Shown piece after piece: positions 35,701-47,804 of a stretch of DNA of 64,000 nt. Each line of letters starts with the position of its first letter. Position 1 is the stretch's first letter. The notes under the pieces are model-generated. The model ran no database searches. It was not told the DNA's origin and saw nothing but the letters and a program-made list of their open reading frames with translations. Position numbers and translations under genes: made by a program. The stretch is from Squalus acanthias (lineage: Eukaryota). The stretch is from assembly GCA_030390025.1 (NCBI GenBank), contig JASTWF010000070.1, forward strand, positions 682,001 through 746,000. The letters run 5' to 3'.

Positions 35701-36793
35701 GGGGGTTAAGATACCATTAATATTCGACGTAAATTGGTCGTTATTTATGATGAAATGAGTAAAACAATCGCAATTCTTACCTGCAATGAGCAATTTCGGG
35801 CCGTTTCCGAATATCAAGGGCATTCCGCTATATTTCTTAGCTGCGCAGTAATACACCCCCGAATCATTCCTCTGGACATCTTTCACAAACAGAGAGTAAA
35901 TACTGGATTCGTTGTTAACTTCTCCGGAAAATCTTCCTTCAGGAGGCATGTACTTCCCCACGCTGTAAACTAGCTGCAGATGCTCTCGGTGCTGCTGCTT
36001 ATACCACTGTACAGCTTCTACTGCTAACCAACCCGTGTGACAATCCATCTTAAAGATACTTCCAACGGAGACAGTCAGAAACGGCGGATTCTGGCGGAAA
36101 ACTTCCTGAGAGACAATAACTGAGAGAACAACATATTCACAAGAGGGTCTGTTACACGGCAGAAAAAAACACCGTTTCCTATAAAGAAACGGGCACAGTA
36201 GTAAACTGTGAATAGGACCATCCGATCATTAATGATCATGGATACCAATATCTAAATGAGTCAAATGATGGGGGTTAAAATTGAGTCTATAACAGGAGAA
36301 AGAATGAAAGGAAGAAAGAAAGAAAGAAAGGAAGAAAGATCTTTACAGCCAATGCATTACCTTTTGCAGTGTAGTCGCTGTTGGAATGTAAGAAACGCGG
36401 CAGCCAAATTGCGCACAGCAAGCTCCCACAAACAGCAATATGATAATGACCAGGTAATCTGTGATGTTGATTGAGGGATATAATATTGACCCCAGGATAC
36501 CGGGGAGAACTCCCCTGCTCTCCTTCCAATAGTGGCCGTGGGATCTTTTCCCTACACCTGAGAGGGCAGACGGGACATCCAATAGATGGAAAATATTGAC
36601 ATTTGGTCGAATTTCATTCGCCTGAGATAATCCAGTCCATCAACATGACACTAATATTACAGAATACAGCGCGCTATCTTCTACTTGTCTGATTAGCTCA
36701 ATGATCTTACGCTTGAACTCCGCCATGTATTAGAAGCACATAAGACTGACCTGGAAAGAGATGGAACAGCGCGCAGGGAGTTAAGAAGCTCAT
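29715..36793 (-). CDS. Gene B: non-rearranging VJ-C1 transmembrane IgSF receptor with ITIM/ITSM-like tyrosine motif (PRARP/VJC1-like), 301 aa, 6 exons
   Basis: Exons 36793-36751 (MSFLTPCALFHLFP), 36119-35781 (V with FGNGPKLLIA), 35688-35386 (C1), 32921-32805 (TM NCRVLLYGTSAAALLLLLMVIVAAGR), 32661-32603, 29759-29715 (TLYAHLAFNAVPTL stop). Total 906 nt, open frame; AATAAA on - at 28997-28992. An N gap lies in the C1-TM intron. Confidence 0.82.
29805..30290 (-). mobile_element. CR1 3' end
   Basis: Same family as 4985-5330. Confidence 0.75.
30440..32575 (+). mobile_element. CR1 LINE ORF2 fragment (frameshifted) in gene B last intron
   Basis: Close similarity to the 18125-20992 ORF; (CTATGTTT)n tail. 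Confidence 0.92.
32805..32921 (-). CDS. Gene B transmembrane exon
   Basis: Polypyrimidine plus CAG acceptor; hydrophobic run with no charged residue, then RSCRNRRS; GT donor. Confidence 0.85.
33111..33290. other. Assembly gap (180 N)
   Basis: Run of n. Confidence 1.
33330..35075. mobile_element. Nested old CR1 fragments, both strands
   Basis: LGFISRGIELKSRE, LEYCENFW and CR1 3' UTR motifs. Confidence 0.75.
35386..35688 (-). CDS. Gene B C1-set exon
   Basis: IFLLAPP..LMCLVK..VRWNV..DGTYSVRSHISV..W..VCTCAV. Confidence 0.92.
35781..36119 (-). CDS. Gene B VJ exon
   Basis: MDC..WYKQ..DSGVYYCAAKKYSGMPLIFGNGPKLLIA; no RSS. Confidence 0.92.
36325..36580 (-). mobile_element. Deu-type SINE 3' half in gene B intron 1
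   Basis: Reverse complement of SINE core. Confidence 0.75.
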
Positions 36794-37494
36794 TGTCTGC
36801 GACCGAGACGCTTGCTGTGAGCTGCACACTGAACACTTTGCTGGGATATCTTTGCGCTGGGCCCGGCTCGCAAGAGATGTGAAAGGCAGAGCTGCGGAAA
36901 TTGCGTGCTTGCGTTTTAAAAATAGCAAGGCTGGAAAATACAGCGCAATGTCAAGGCTCGCTGCGGGTTTCCTGTTGACACATTAAACGCCCACGCAAAG
37001 GTTTGACTGCAAAGGGCAATGCATTCCAGCTCGTGTTAAACAGGCGTGAAAGGCGGCGAGCAGTGCAGGCTGATTAAACTGTGAACTGAAGGCAGGCAGT
37101 GCTGAATTGCATGCACCGGATTGGTTGTGTCACTCTTGTGGGCGCGAGGATATGATTCTATTCCGAGTGTTGCTTTTTATAGCTCCAGAACGCATTCATT
37201 CATACACCCTTACTTGTACCAACAAAAATAGACCAGATTGAAGAAAGGTGCAATCATCTCTTATTATACCAGCCGCGGCTCAGTGGGCAGCACTCTCGCC
37301 TTCGAGTCAGAAGGTCGTGGGTTCATGATTCCTCTCCAAAGACTTGAGCACAAAAATCTATGCCGACACGCCAGTGCCAGTATTGGGACGTGCTATAACA
37401 GGTGACAGTCTTTCTTTCTTTAACTGTTTCACCCAGTATCTGAATGCCGCCTGTGTCTTTGTTGCAGGATTTGATTCTGTTACTCATCCTGTGT

Positions 37495-38192
37495 CAGCCG
37501 TGGCTCAGTGGGTAGCACTCTCGCTCTGAGGCAGAAGGTCAGACATTTGTTCAGGTCCCACCCCAGAGACTTCAACACATAATCCAAGCCGACACTCCCA
37601 GTGCGGTACTGAGGGAGTGCTGCACTGTCGGAGGGGCAGTACTGAGGGAGCGCCGCACTGTCGGAGGGGCAGTACTGAGGGAGCGCTGTACTGTCGGAGG
37701 GGCAGTACTCAGAGAGTGCTGCGCTGTCGGAGGGGCGGTACTGAGGGAGCGCCGCACTGTCGGAGGGGCGGTACTGAGGGAGCGCCGCACTGTCGGAGGG
37801 GCGGTACTGAGGGAGCGCCGCACTGTCGGAGGGGCAGTACTGAGAGTGCGCCGCACCGTCGGACGGGCAGAACTGAGGGAGCGCCGCACTGTCGGAGGGG
37901 CAGTACTGAGGGAGCACCACACTTTCGGAGGAGCAGTACTGAGGGAGCGCTGCACTGTCGGAGGAGCAGTACTGAGGAGGCGCTGTACTGTTGGAGGGGC
38001 CGACTTTTGTATGCACCGTTAAACCGAGGCCCCGTCTTCTCTCTCAGGTAGCTGTGAAAGATCCCAGGGCCACTATTGGAAGAAGAGCAGGGGAGTTCTC
38101 CTCGGTGTCCTGGGCCAACATTTATACCTCAGTCAACATCAATAAAAGAGATGTCCTCATGATTATCATACTGCTGTTTGTGGGAGCTTGAT
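37495..38192 (+). mobile_element. Deu-type SINE with an internal 33-bp tandem array (about 12 units)
   Basis: Same unit as 16671-16930; head gccgtggctcagtgggtagcactc. Confidence 0.85.
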
Positions 38193-38629
38193 TGCATTCA
38201 ATGTTTTGCAACACTTTCTTGTTGTATCAGATACTGTGTCTGAGCAATCAAACACTGCATTACTATAGAATACCTTAACTTTGATAAAGATTGAAGCAAA
38301 GTTGACAATATTATATTTGGTGTGTAAAACAATTTTGAGGTTTGACCCTTTGGTATTTTGCACATAGGTAGTTAATGATCATCCTCCTTCGAATGGGATG
38401 AATGGGAAAGGGTTCAGCCACTGGAATTGTGCAAAATGAGAATTAACTGAGAGTTTTTCCCGTTGCATACAAAAGCATTCAATTAAAAAGACTTGCGTCC
38501 ATCGGAGTTCCTTGTAATAGGAGTGAATGCGGGGAGGGGTCGCTCCCTTTGAATTCTATACATGTAAAATGAGCAGAAAGAGGGTTTCAGCATTCAGGTT
38601 CTATATAATTACAACGAATGGACAGTTTG

Positions 38630-39290
38630 TTAATTAAGTTAGAGTCAGGCCGTTCAGGAAGCACTTCTTCACACAAAGGGTAGTGAAAATCTGGAACTCT
38701 CTCCCCCAAAAAGCTGTCGAGGCTGGGAATCAATTGCAAGTTTCAAAACTGAGATCGATAGATTTTTGTTGGGTGAGGGTATTCAGGGTCACAGAACCAA
38801 GGCAGTTAAATGGAGTTCAGATACAGATCAGCCATGATCTCATTGGGTTGTGAGACAGGCTCGAGGGGCTGAATGGCCTCCTCCTGTTCCTGACTTTAAT
38901 CTTTGTATCGATATATTTTTTTAAAGAACAACTTATGCCAGAAAATAGCAGTAAGAGTGTATACCTCTTGGCTGGGGAGTCTCGAACCAGGGATCACAGT
39001 CTCAGAATAAGGGGTTGGCCATTTAGGACTGAGATGAGGAGAAATTTCTTCACTCAGAGAGTGGTGAATCTTTGGAATTCTCTACCCCAGAGGGCTGTGG
39101 AGGCTCGGTCGTTGAGTATATTCAAGATAGAGATCGACAGATTTGTGAATATTAAGGGGATCAAGGAATATGGGGATAGTTCAGGAAAGTGGAGATGAGG
39201 TAGAAGATTAGCCATGATCTTATTGAATGGCGGAGCAGGCTCAAAGGGCGGACTGACCTACTCCTGCTCGTATTTCTTATGATCTTATGT
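38630..39290 (+). mobile_element. Two CR1 3' ends
   Basis: RRNFFTQRVVNLWNSLP and tails. Confidence 0.8.
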
Positions 39291-39491
39291 ACCACGCAAT
39301 AATTCACAAACTCCCACCATCAGTGTACTTGAATATTTCATAATAACAATGTGAAACAACATTCATTTTATCGCTCTGACATCCCATCGACTCATTAACT
39401 ATTTCCAATCAATTAGACTCAAAATAGATTAATGTTTCAATTTTTATATGGCTGAAACTTAAATCTGAATGGGGTCGTTCATTTAACCAAA

Positions 39492-39560
39492 CGCCCCCTG
39501 GAGGCAACATGTGATCAGGGTGTGTGTGTCTGATGGCGTTTCTCTGTCACCCCCTGGCGA
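39492..39560 (-). promoter_or_regulatory. Two tandem CTCF-like motifs (possible insulator)
   Basis: Reverse complements GCCTCCAGGGGGCG and TCGCCAGGGGGTG resemble the CTCF core CCASYAGRKGGC. Confidence 0.45.
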
Positions 39561-40184
39561 ATCCTTTTCACACTTCAGAGCTGAGGTTTGGAAGCAGCGT
39601 GAGCACCACTTCCTTCCTGTGAATACCCAGATATATTGCAATGTTCAATGGACAATGATACCCACAATGCACAATCAATTCACGACTTCAGTGGAGCCCG
39701 TAGTGGTAGAGCGGTCGTTCGGGGTAAATTTGATTCTGGGATGCTGCTATCCCAGTCTCTGTAAAGGAGAATAATCAGGGGTGTAAACTCTGCTGGTCTG
39801 TGTCCCAACTCGCACCAAGTCCCGTTCACACATCACCCCCTGTGCTCGCTGACCTACATTGGCTCCCAGTCCGGCAAAACAGCACTCCTCGCAGGGGTCC
39901 GGTTCGGCCAGAATTCCCGATTAGTATTACACGTTACTGCGAGATGGAAACTGATTTGTAGTCTGCCTAACTTTTGAGTATAGAAGCGCCCCATAACATA
40001 TGGGAGATATCCCAGCCCGAGGCCAGCTTCAGAGTAGAGTCACAAACCTTCAGGAGATGGAATTAGCATTAACGACTGGAGAAATCTGGAGAGATTGGAG
40101 TAAAATCACTCACTGTTGACCATATGGAAGCAAATACACTAAACGGCACAAGAAACCAAACCAAACGCTACTGCGGACAAAAAG

Positions 40185-40700
40185 GTGAGATTTGCACAGA
40201 CTAGCCTAGGATCCCCTTGAGTATAAAAGATTAAGTGGTGATCTAATTGAGCTGCTTAAGATGATTAAAGGATTCGACAGGGTAGAAAGAGAGAACCTAT
40301 TTCCTCTGGTGGGGGGTGCCCAGAACAAGGGGGCATCACCTTAAAATTAGAGCCAGGCCGTTCAGGGATGATGTCAGAAAGCACTTCTTCACACAATAGG
40401 TAGTGGAAATCGGGAACTCTCTCCCCCAAAAAGCTGTTGAGGCTGGGGGTCAATTGCAAATTTCAAAACTGAGATTTGATAGATTTTAGTTGGGTAAGGG
40501 TATTAAGGGTTACGGAACCAAGAAAATTAGATGGAGTTAAGATACAGATCAGCCATGATCTAATTAAATGGAGGAATAGGTTCGAGGGGCTGAATGGCCA
40601 CTTCCTGTTCCTATGTAACAGGCTCGAGGGGCTGAATGGCCTGTTCCTGTTCCTGTGTAACAGGCTCCAGGGGCTGAATGGTCTCTTCCTGTTCCTGTGA
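40185..40700 (+). mobile_element. CR1 3' end with a triplicated terminal unit of about 40 bp
   Basis: aggctcgaggggctgaatggc..cctgttcct repeated three times at about 40575-40700. Confidence 0.75.
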
Positions 40701-41574
40701 TCCGAACCGGGAAAATAAGATGCACGACTCTCTGCCTGAACTATGGGTTGTGTTGATTCTGAGGCAATCTCTTATGTAGCACTGTTACCGTCTGTCGTGC
40801 GGATTATCTCACTGACCGTAACTGTACATGTACCGGTGGGAGGGGTGAGGTGGGAGGGGTACCGACTAGTAACGCCTCTACTGAGCTCTCCCCCAGACCG
40901 AATTAAAATAGCGCCAAACCGTGTGTAGCTGGGAAATGCCAGGATGACCCCTCTCTGCTGGCTCCAGATCACATCTGGCTGAAGCTGACAACATCTGAAA
41001 GCGAGGTGGCGGAGCTGGTCACCTGTACCTGAATGTGCTCTCCATGTAGTGTTTTGGAACTTTATACTAGAGAATCTTTTCCCCGGGAGAGCACACTCTC
41101 TCTCGCCACAGACTCGCCACCCTCGACCCAGACTGTTCGCAATCTCAGGGCCCTATTCCACTCGTATCTGAGTTTCTCGGCCCATGACCTGTCCGCCTCA
41201 AAGGTCACCTACATTCAACTAGCTTACCTTTCCTGCCTTCCCCGCTAACTCAGTCCACCTGCCGTTAAACCCTCATCGAAGCCTTTGTTACCACCTAACG
41301 TGACTTGTCCAATGCTCGCGGCACCCCTACCTAAGACTCTTGGTAGTCTTGAGCTCATCCAAATCTCTTCCGCCCGTAGCCCATCCCCCACAAGTCCCAC
41401 TCACTCACCATCCACGGTCTTGCTGAACTGCAGGGACTCCTCATCCCCCAAGGCCCCCAATTTAATATTGTCATCCCCTTGTTCAAATACGTTCATGGCT
41501 TCGCCCCTCCTTATCTCTGTAACACCCCCATCCCTATCTACCCCCAGCACTCTGTGCCCCCCGAATCTGGCACT

Positions 41575-42065
41575 AGAGAAGATGCAATGAAAGATTACAA
41601 GGATGATACAGAACTGAGAGGTTATAACTAACAGGAAAGATTGAAAAGGCTGGAGCTCTTCTGTATCGAAAAGAGAAGGCTGGGGGTGACCTGATAGAGG
41701 TCTTAAAGATTATGAAAGGGTTTCATAGGGTAGACGTAGAGAAGATGTTTCCACTTGTTGGGAAGACCCAGAACTAGGGGCCATCAATATAAGATAGTCA
41801 CTAATAAATCCAATGGCGAATTCAGGAGAAACTTCTATACCCAGAGAGTGGTGAGATTATGGAACTCGCTCCCACAGGGAGTGGTTGAGGCAAACAGTAT
41901 AGATGCATTTAAGGGGAAGCTAGATAAACACATGAGGGAGAAGGGAATAGAGGTTTATGCTGATAGTGTTAGATGAGCAAGGATGGGAGGAGGCTCGAGT
42001 GGAGCATAAACACTGGCATGGGCCAGTTGGGCTGAAAGGCCTGTTTGTGCTGTACATTCTATGTA
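41575..42065 (+). mobile_element. CR1 3' end (shared with 58480-58990, part of the duplicated IgL unit)
   Basis: Identical tail-flank junction tacattctatgtaatccactcaatg in both copies. Confidence 0.8.
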
Positions 42066-42443
42066 ATCCACTCAATGTCCCTTTATGTGCTGAGTAAAGA
42101 CGGACCACTTTAAGCTCGTGGCAGCATTTCATGTTTATTAAGAGCTGTGTTACACAAGTTCCCAATCACAATATGGTCACCGAATAAAGGGAAATCTATT
42201 CTCATTCTACACACAGCGAAATTTTACACACAAGATATTGCGTACAATTGTTCAGAAAGGTCCATCTCACAAAGCTGGACAATCATTTCGTTCCCTTCTA
42301 ATATTAGATAACCTTCGGATTGTTTGCCGAAATATGACATTGCTACAGCGATTACATTGCATAAAAAGGTGGATTGCATACATTGAATGATTTGTTTCAT
42401 GAGATTAAACACGAGCAAAAATCCGCTGACAACTTGCACCGCC

Positions 42444-42767
42444 TCAGTCGGAACACGAGGAGGCGCTGATGGTCTTGAGAAGAGGCGACCTCAGGGAGCC
42501 GTGGCTGACGCTGCAAGAATAGCTGCAGCCCTTGTTCCAGGCGGCGGCGGGGACTCTCAGGTAACTGCTCAGGCTGTAGGTTTGATCGCTGTCCGGGGAC
42601 ACGGCGCCTGTCGTCACCCCGCTGTCTGTCTCTTGGTCATCCACGCTCCAACGGAGCCGCACCAAGCCCGGCTAAAAGCGACTCACCAGGCAGGACAGAG
42701 TGGCCGATCCCGAGCCGATTTCTTCCGAGGAGGGAGGGAGGACAAGATGGGCTACGATCCTCGCTGC
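42444..42767 (-). pseudogene. Ig light-chain C exon 1 (sigma-cart/type I), inactivated
   Basis: SSEDRSP..WSVDDQETDSGVTTGAVSPDSDQTYSLSSYLRVPAAAWNKG..HGSL..SCSD; 4-nt deletion near the start and in-frame TAG (CGC TTT TAG); AATAAA on - at 42139-42134. Confidence 0.88.
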
Positions 42768-45748
42768 CTGTGTGTGGGGGGAAAGAAAATTCATTAGTTT
42801 ATGGAATCCGTCAGCAGTGGGACTCTCTGATCTGAAATCAAAGACGACAAAGAACCCCGAACAACATTCACTTTAAAATAAATTACTGATTAATACAGGA
42901 GTTCCAATAAATTCTTAAATCTCTAATTCCTCTGCTCCTCTGCCAATTCTTTTGCCGACATTACAAAAGTGACTTGGTTCAAAATTACTTCATTGGCTGT
43001 AAAGCGCTTTGGGACGTCCTGAGGTCGTGAAAGGAGCTGTAGAAATACAAGTCTTCCTTTAATCCTTTCTTTCTTTGTTACTTTCCTTCAACAGAAAATG
43101 CTGGAAATACAGACCGGGTCAGTAAGCCTGTGAGAGGCGGAAAGATCAGTAACTGACCAGTTCAGGTGCAGGTTACACCCCCGGAACCGCACTAACCTGT
43201 CTGTTCCCGTTACAGACACTGACCGACCGGCCGTGTAGTCCCAGCATTGTCTGTTTTTATTTGATTTCCTAAAATTGCAGTTTTTTCCTTTGTACTTCAA
43301 TATAATAAAGCGTTTGATTGTCTTAAAATGCGGTCGGTGTTAACTTTAAAGAGGTGAATTCACGGAGCTGTGACCCGCTTTCCACCGAGAGTCCACATAT
43401 GTTCTGATATCTCAAACTGATGCAGCCCTTTCAAAGAGCCGCCACAGGCACGATGGACCGAATGGCCTCCTTCTGTGCTGTATCATTCCATAAGATTCCG
43501 GAAGGTATTTTGGGGATTCATATTATTTTAGAATTGCGAGTTAGAAACTGATCGGCTTTAAATGTTGCGGCGATAATGATTGAGCCGGGTCTGTTACCAG
43601 GTATTGAAGAGCTCACTGAATAAAGAGAGGACATTGTACACGGGCTGGCAATTAATGTAGTGACTCTGCCTAGCAATATTGAAAATGCTTTACGTAGAAT
43701 TACACAGAATATGCAGCACAGAAACAGACAATCGTCCCAACCAATCCATGTCGGCGTTTATGCTCCACTCCAGCCTCCTCCCATCCTTCCACATCTAACT
43801 CTATCAGCATATCCCTGTGTTCCCTTCTCCCTCATGTGCTTATCTAGCCTCCCCTTAAATCTGTACTATTCGCCTCAATCAATCCGTGTTGTAGCGAATT
43901 CCACATTCTCACCACTCTCTGGGTAAAAAAATCCCTATTTGATTTCTTGGTGTTATCTTATATTGATGGCTCCTAGTTTTGATCTTCCGCACCAGTGGAA
44001 ACATTCTCTCTGTGTCTACTCTATCAAAACGTTTCATAATTTTAAAGACCTGTATTCGGTCACCCTTCAGCCTTCTCTTTCCCCGGTTTGATGAAGGGTT
44101 TTCACTGTTCTATATTTCTAGTAAAAAGGGAACCAAGGAATGTAAAAGATTCTCGCTACAGAGGCAAGGAAGGATTCCTGCGGGTGAATTGATTTCTATG
44201 TCGGGATCAGCTCACTCTCGCTGATCCCAGAGCGATCCGGTCAACACTGGGCGGTAGCGGGACCCGACAGATCAACACAGGAGAATCGGCGCTATCCCCG
44301 GGGGGACACTGGACAGGGAGAGTCTGCAGACACAGTCTGGGGAGGGAGAGGGTCAGCAGCGAGAGAATCAGATGGAGAGAAAGTTCCCTTCAACAAGCAT
44401 TACCCAGTCTCACTCACACACACAGGGCTGGTCAGTAATTGTCACTGCGCCGCTCCATGGTAAAGCGCCGGTTCTGCTCTATAAACAGCGGGGAGATTGC
44501 AAATAATGAGCTCAGACTGATTAAATATCGGAACAGGTAATTCAGAATTAAATCAGTCCCGTTAAACGAATACAATCCCGACTAGTCCCGGTGTTGCTGG
44601 CGACAGGGAGTCGATCCAACCGGTTGTGTGCTGGGACAGCGGGTCTCGGGAGGGTCCTCTCTCTCTCCCAGCCCAGAGCCGGACACCCGACGGCTGCGGT
44701 CAATGGGACAATACGCCACAGGAATAAAACCAGCAGCAACATTGAATGTTGTAAATGACGGTAATTGGGTTGGGATTCCCCCGGGGACTATCCCGCCGGC
44801 TCCGGGCAATCTATTTCAAATCGGGCGGTGCCGACTCTTTGAAAGTGCTATCCAATTAGTTCCACTCCACAGAGCCCTGCAATTTTCTCCCTTCAAGTCT
44901 CAGTGTAACATAGTGACATATTCAGTGTCCACTGTCAGAACTTCACAGTGTAGCTCACAACTTTCCTCTCTCTCTCTTTATCTCTTGCTGCACCAGAATG
45001 ATACCGGGGCTTAGAGGGTTAAATTACGAGGACGGGTTGCATAAACTTGGCTTGTATTCCCTTGAGTTTAGAAGATTCAGGGGTGATCTGATCGAGGTGT
45101 TTAAAATGTGAAAAAGGATTCGATCGGGTAAACACAGAGAAACGATTTCCTCCGGTCGCGGAATCAAGAATCAGGGAAGATCAACTGAAAATTAGAGCCC
45201 GGCCATTTAGGAGGGAAGCACATTTTCACACAGGCTCGAGCGGCTGAATGACCTCCTCCTGTTCCTCTGTCACTATTTTATCAATCAGTGCTCCTGTGAG
45301 GACATTCAGCCCATCGTGCTTGTGCCGGCTCTTTGAGTAGAGCTATACAATTATTCCCACTCTCCTGCTCTTTCCACGCAGCCCTGCATTTATCCTTTTC
45401 ATGTATTTATCCAATTCCCTTTTGAAAGTTACTATTGAATCTGCTTTCACCGCCCTTTCAGGCAGCGCATTCCAGATGACAGCAACTCGCTGCGTAAAAA
45501 GAACAATTCTCCTCATCTGCCCTACTGAATGGAAGCAGGAAATGGTGTTAAACTTCATTTCAGCGCAGTATTATTCCCCGAGGCGCTTCAATAATTCCAA
45601 TTCTGATCAGTTTAACATTTTCGGGGTATAAATAGATCCAACATCAAAATTCACAGCATCGAGATTTCACTGGCGCCCGGGAATGAAAACGACTGTAAAT
45701 TAATAATAATTGAAACAATGTGAATGACAGAATGAGAGAGTCACTTAC

Positions 45749-46304
45749 TCTTTATACTCAGGACGGTCCCCGGTCCGAAGATGAATCCCGAGTCCCACAC
45801 AGCACAGTAATAGACGGCGGAGTCACCGGGCACCAGGGTTCCGATGGTCAGAATGTAACTGTTACCGGAGGCGTCTCTGGAAGGTAGAAAACGGCCTGTG
45901 AAGCCGGTGGCTCGGTATATCGATCCATCGGTGTTATATCTTAGCACCCAGACCGGAGCTTCCCCGGGTCGCTGTCGGAACCAGTTCATATCCTCGCTGC
46001 CCACAGCCCCGTTCTGCATCGCACATTGTAACCGGGCGGTCTGACCCGCGGAGACAGGATCGGATATTGGGAACTGATTGAGGACGGGAGCCGCCAGGAC
46101 ACCTTCAATAAAAGAAAAAAATCAAACCATTCAGAGACTTGGAGCAAATAGGATGTTAATACGTCAATAAACACGGAAAGAAAACAGGCCGATTCTCGGT
46201 ATTGAACCGATTTAATTGCGGATAAAACCCTTGACTAAAATCATCCGTCTCTCACCTGTTAAATGGATCAGCAGAGCCCACAGGAGATGCATCGCTGGAG
46301 CCAT
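45749..46304 (-). CDS. Ig light-chain leader (46304-46256) and germline-joined VJ exon (46102-45749), cluster 1
   Basis: MAPAMHLLWALLIHLT/GVLAAPVLNQ..QCAMQNG..WFRQRPGEAP..DSAVYYCAVWDSGFIFGPGTVLSIK; intact splice sites. Confidence 0.93.
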
Positions 46305-46421
46305 TTCCTCCGGAGATGCGCCAACAGTCACCGCTCAAATTTCCGACTGAACCGTGCGTTGTTCCTGTAAACTCCGGGACCTGGTCCGGTTACAGTGTCT
46401 GCAAACCCGAGACTCCGGGTG

Positions 46422-46444
46422 TATTTATTACCCGATATGCTAAT
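46422..46444 (-). promoter_or_regulatory. IgL promoter 1: variant octamer (ATTAGCAT) and TATA-like TAATAAATA
   Basis: Same position as the canonical octamers in clusters 2 and 3. Confidence 0.65.
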
Positions 46445-47804
46445 GGATGGGAGGGGCCAGGAAAAGGAAGGAGGCAGATTTTTAATTCGGGATTTTTATT
46501 TAAATCTATTTGTGCCTGATTAAATTATTACAATCTTAAACCTTTAATATACAAATGTTTAAAGGCTAATTGGAGTTTCTGTTCAGGGAAGGTTCCAAGA
46601 TTCCGAAGATTTTTGCGATAATGAATATTTAGTCTGTGTTCTACCTCAGAAAAATGAGGGGCGGTTTGTAGAGATACGGATCAGCTGTTGCAATTCGGCC
46701 GGAATCGTTCTGATAACGCGCTGTTACTCTCTGATATACTGCATCAGATATTAAAATAATCTTTTCCCACTAAAATAAATATTTCATAATAGACTGCCGT
46801 CCGCTACTCTAAATCAGCAGCAAGACAACCCTGGATTCGTCAATCCCTTTAAAATTGAGGTTTCAATTGACAAATATGATTTGGGCTTCAGTCTTTAAAG
46901 AATTTCTGATGGGAATATTCCTGAGGCGGAGTAAAGAGCTAATTAGGTGAATGAGAAAGAGGGAAAGAAAGCGGCATTTTACACCCTGCCACAGATTAAA
47001 GAGACGTTGTTCTGTTATAGACTGAATCATCCCCTTTAAAACTAACGAGAGCAAATAAAACTCGGCACAATATTAATAAAATGACACCTTGCCTTTAATT
47101 TGCTGCGGGTCCGATGAATGCGCGCAGTTCCCGTTTTAAACCCTGTTCCAGTTGAATTATTAAGCAGCGGGGTCAGTTGTTTCTGGGGCTCTGTGATGTT
47201 GAACACTTCCCCTGTTTGGAGTCAATCCCTAACTCGCCACACTGAGTCTTGGTTCATATTTTTAAAAGTCAGATTGAAGCTGGTTGGTGTCAGTTACTTG
47301 AGGGCGAAAGAAAAATGTAGCAATTTGTTTATACATGTGTTGGCTCCAGATATTAGCGTGAATAATATTTTCTGTTTAATAAATATCTGAATTGTGTATC
47401 TGTGAAGTTAGGTATTCCCCTGTTTCTTAGAAAAACACACAGAGCGGCCGGAGGGATCCTCGTCCCCTGGAGTAGCCGGCATTGAATTCGGGCAGGGATT
47501 GGTTCTCACCTGGACAAGGGGCTTTTCATTAAAGCCCAGGTGCTTTGTTCTGTTTCTGCGCTTGAACTGATCACTGATTCCTCTGGTCTGTTAGAATTAT
47601 TAAAGGGGCTTTGGTGCTGTGACTGGAGCTGCTCTCTCAACCTTGCACAGTTCCCAAGAGCTTTGTCACTGCTGACCATGACACGGCTGACTGGAGAACC
47701 AATCATTGCAGTGCACTGGCCACACCGCGCACTGCACCTTGGGAACTGTAGTTCCACATTGGGCAATAGTCAAGATCAGCGTGTCTATTGACACCACTGT
47801 GTCA

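Noticed and set aside
37606-38000. CRISPR-like 33-bp repeat arrays (also 16671-16930) and their repetitive ORFs
   Set aside because: Head-to-tail units with no unique spacers, inside SINEs in a vertebrate genome
44944-44975. CACAGTG heptamer in the J-C intron (also about 62069) as an RSS
   Set aside because: No ACAAAAACC-like nonamer at 12 or 23 nt and no adjacent V or J segment
47118-47791. ORFs duplicated at 52113-52793
   Set aside because: Shared only because of the segmental duplication; no recognisable domain or splice structure
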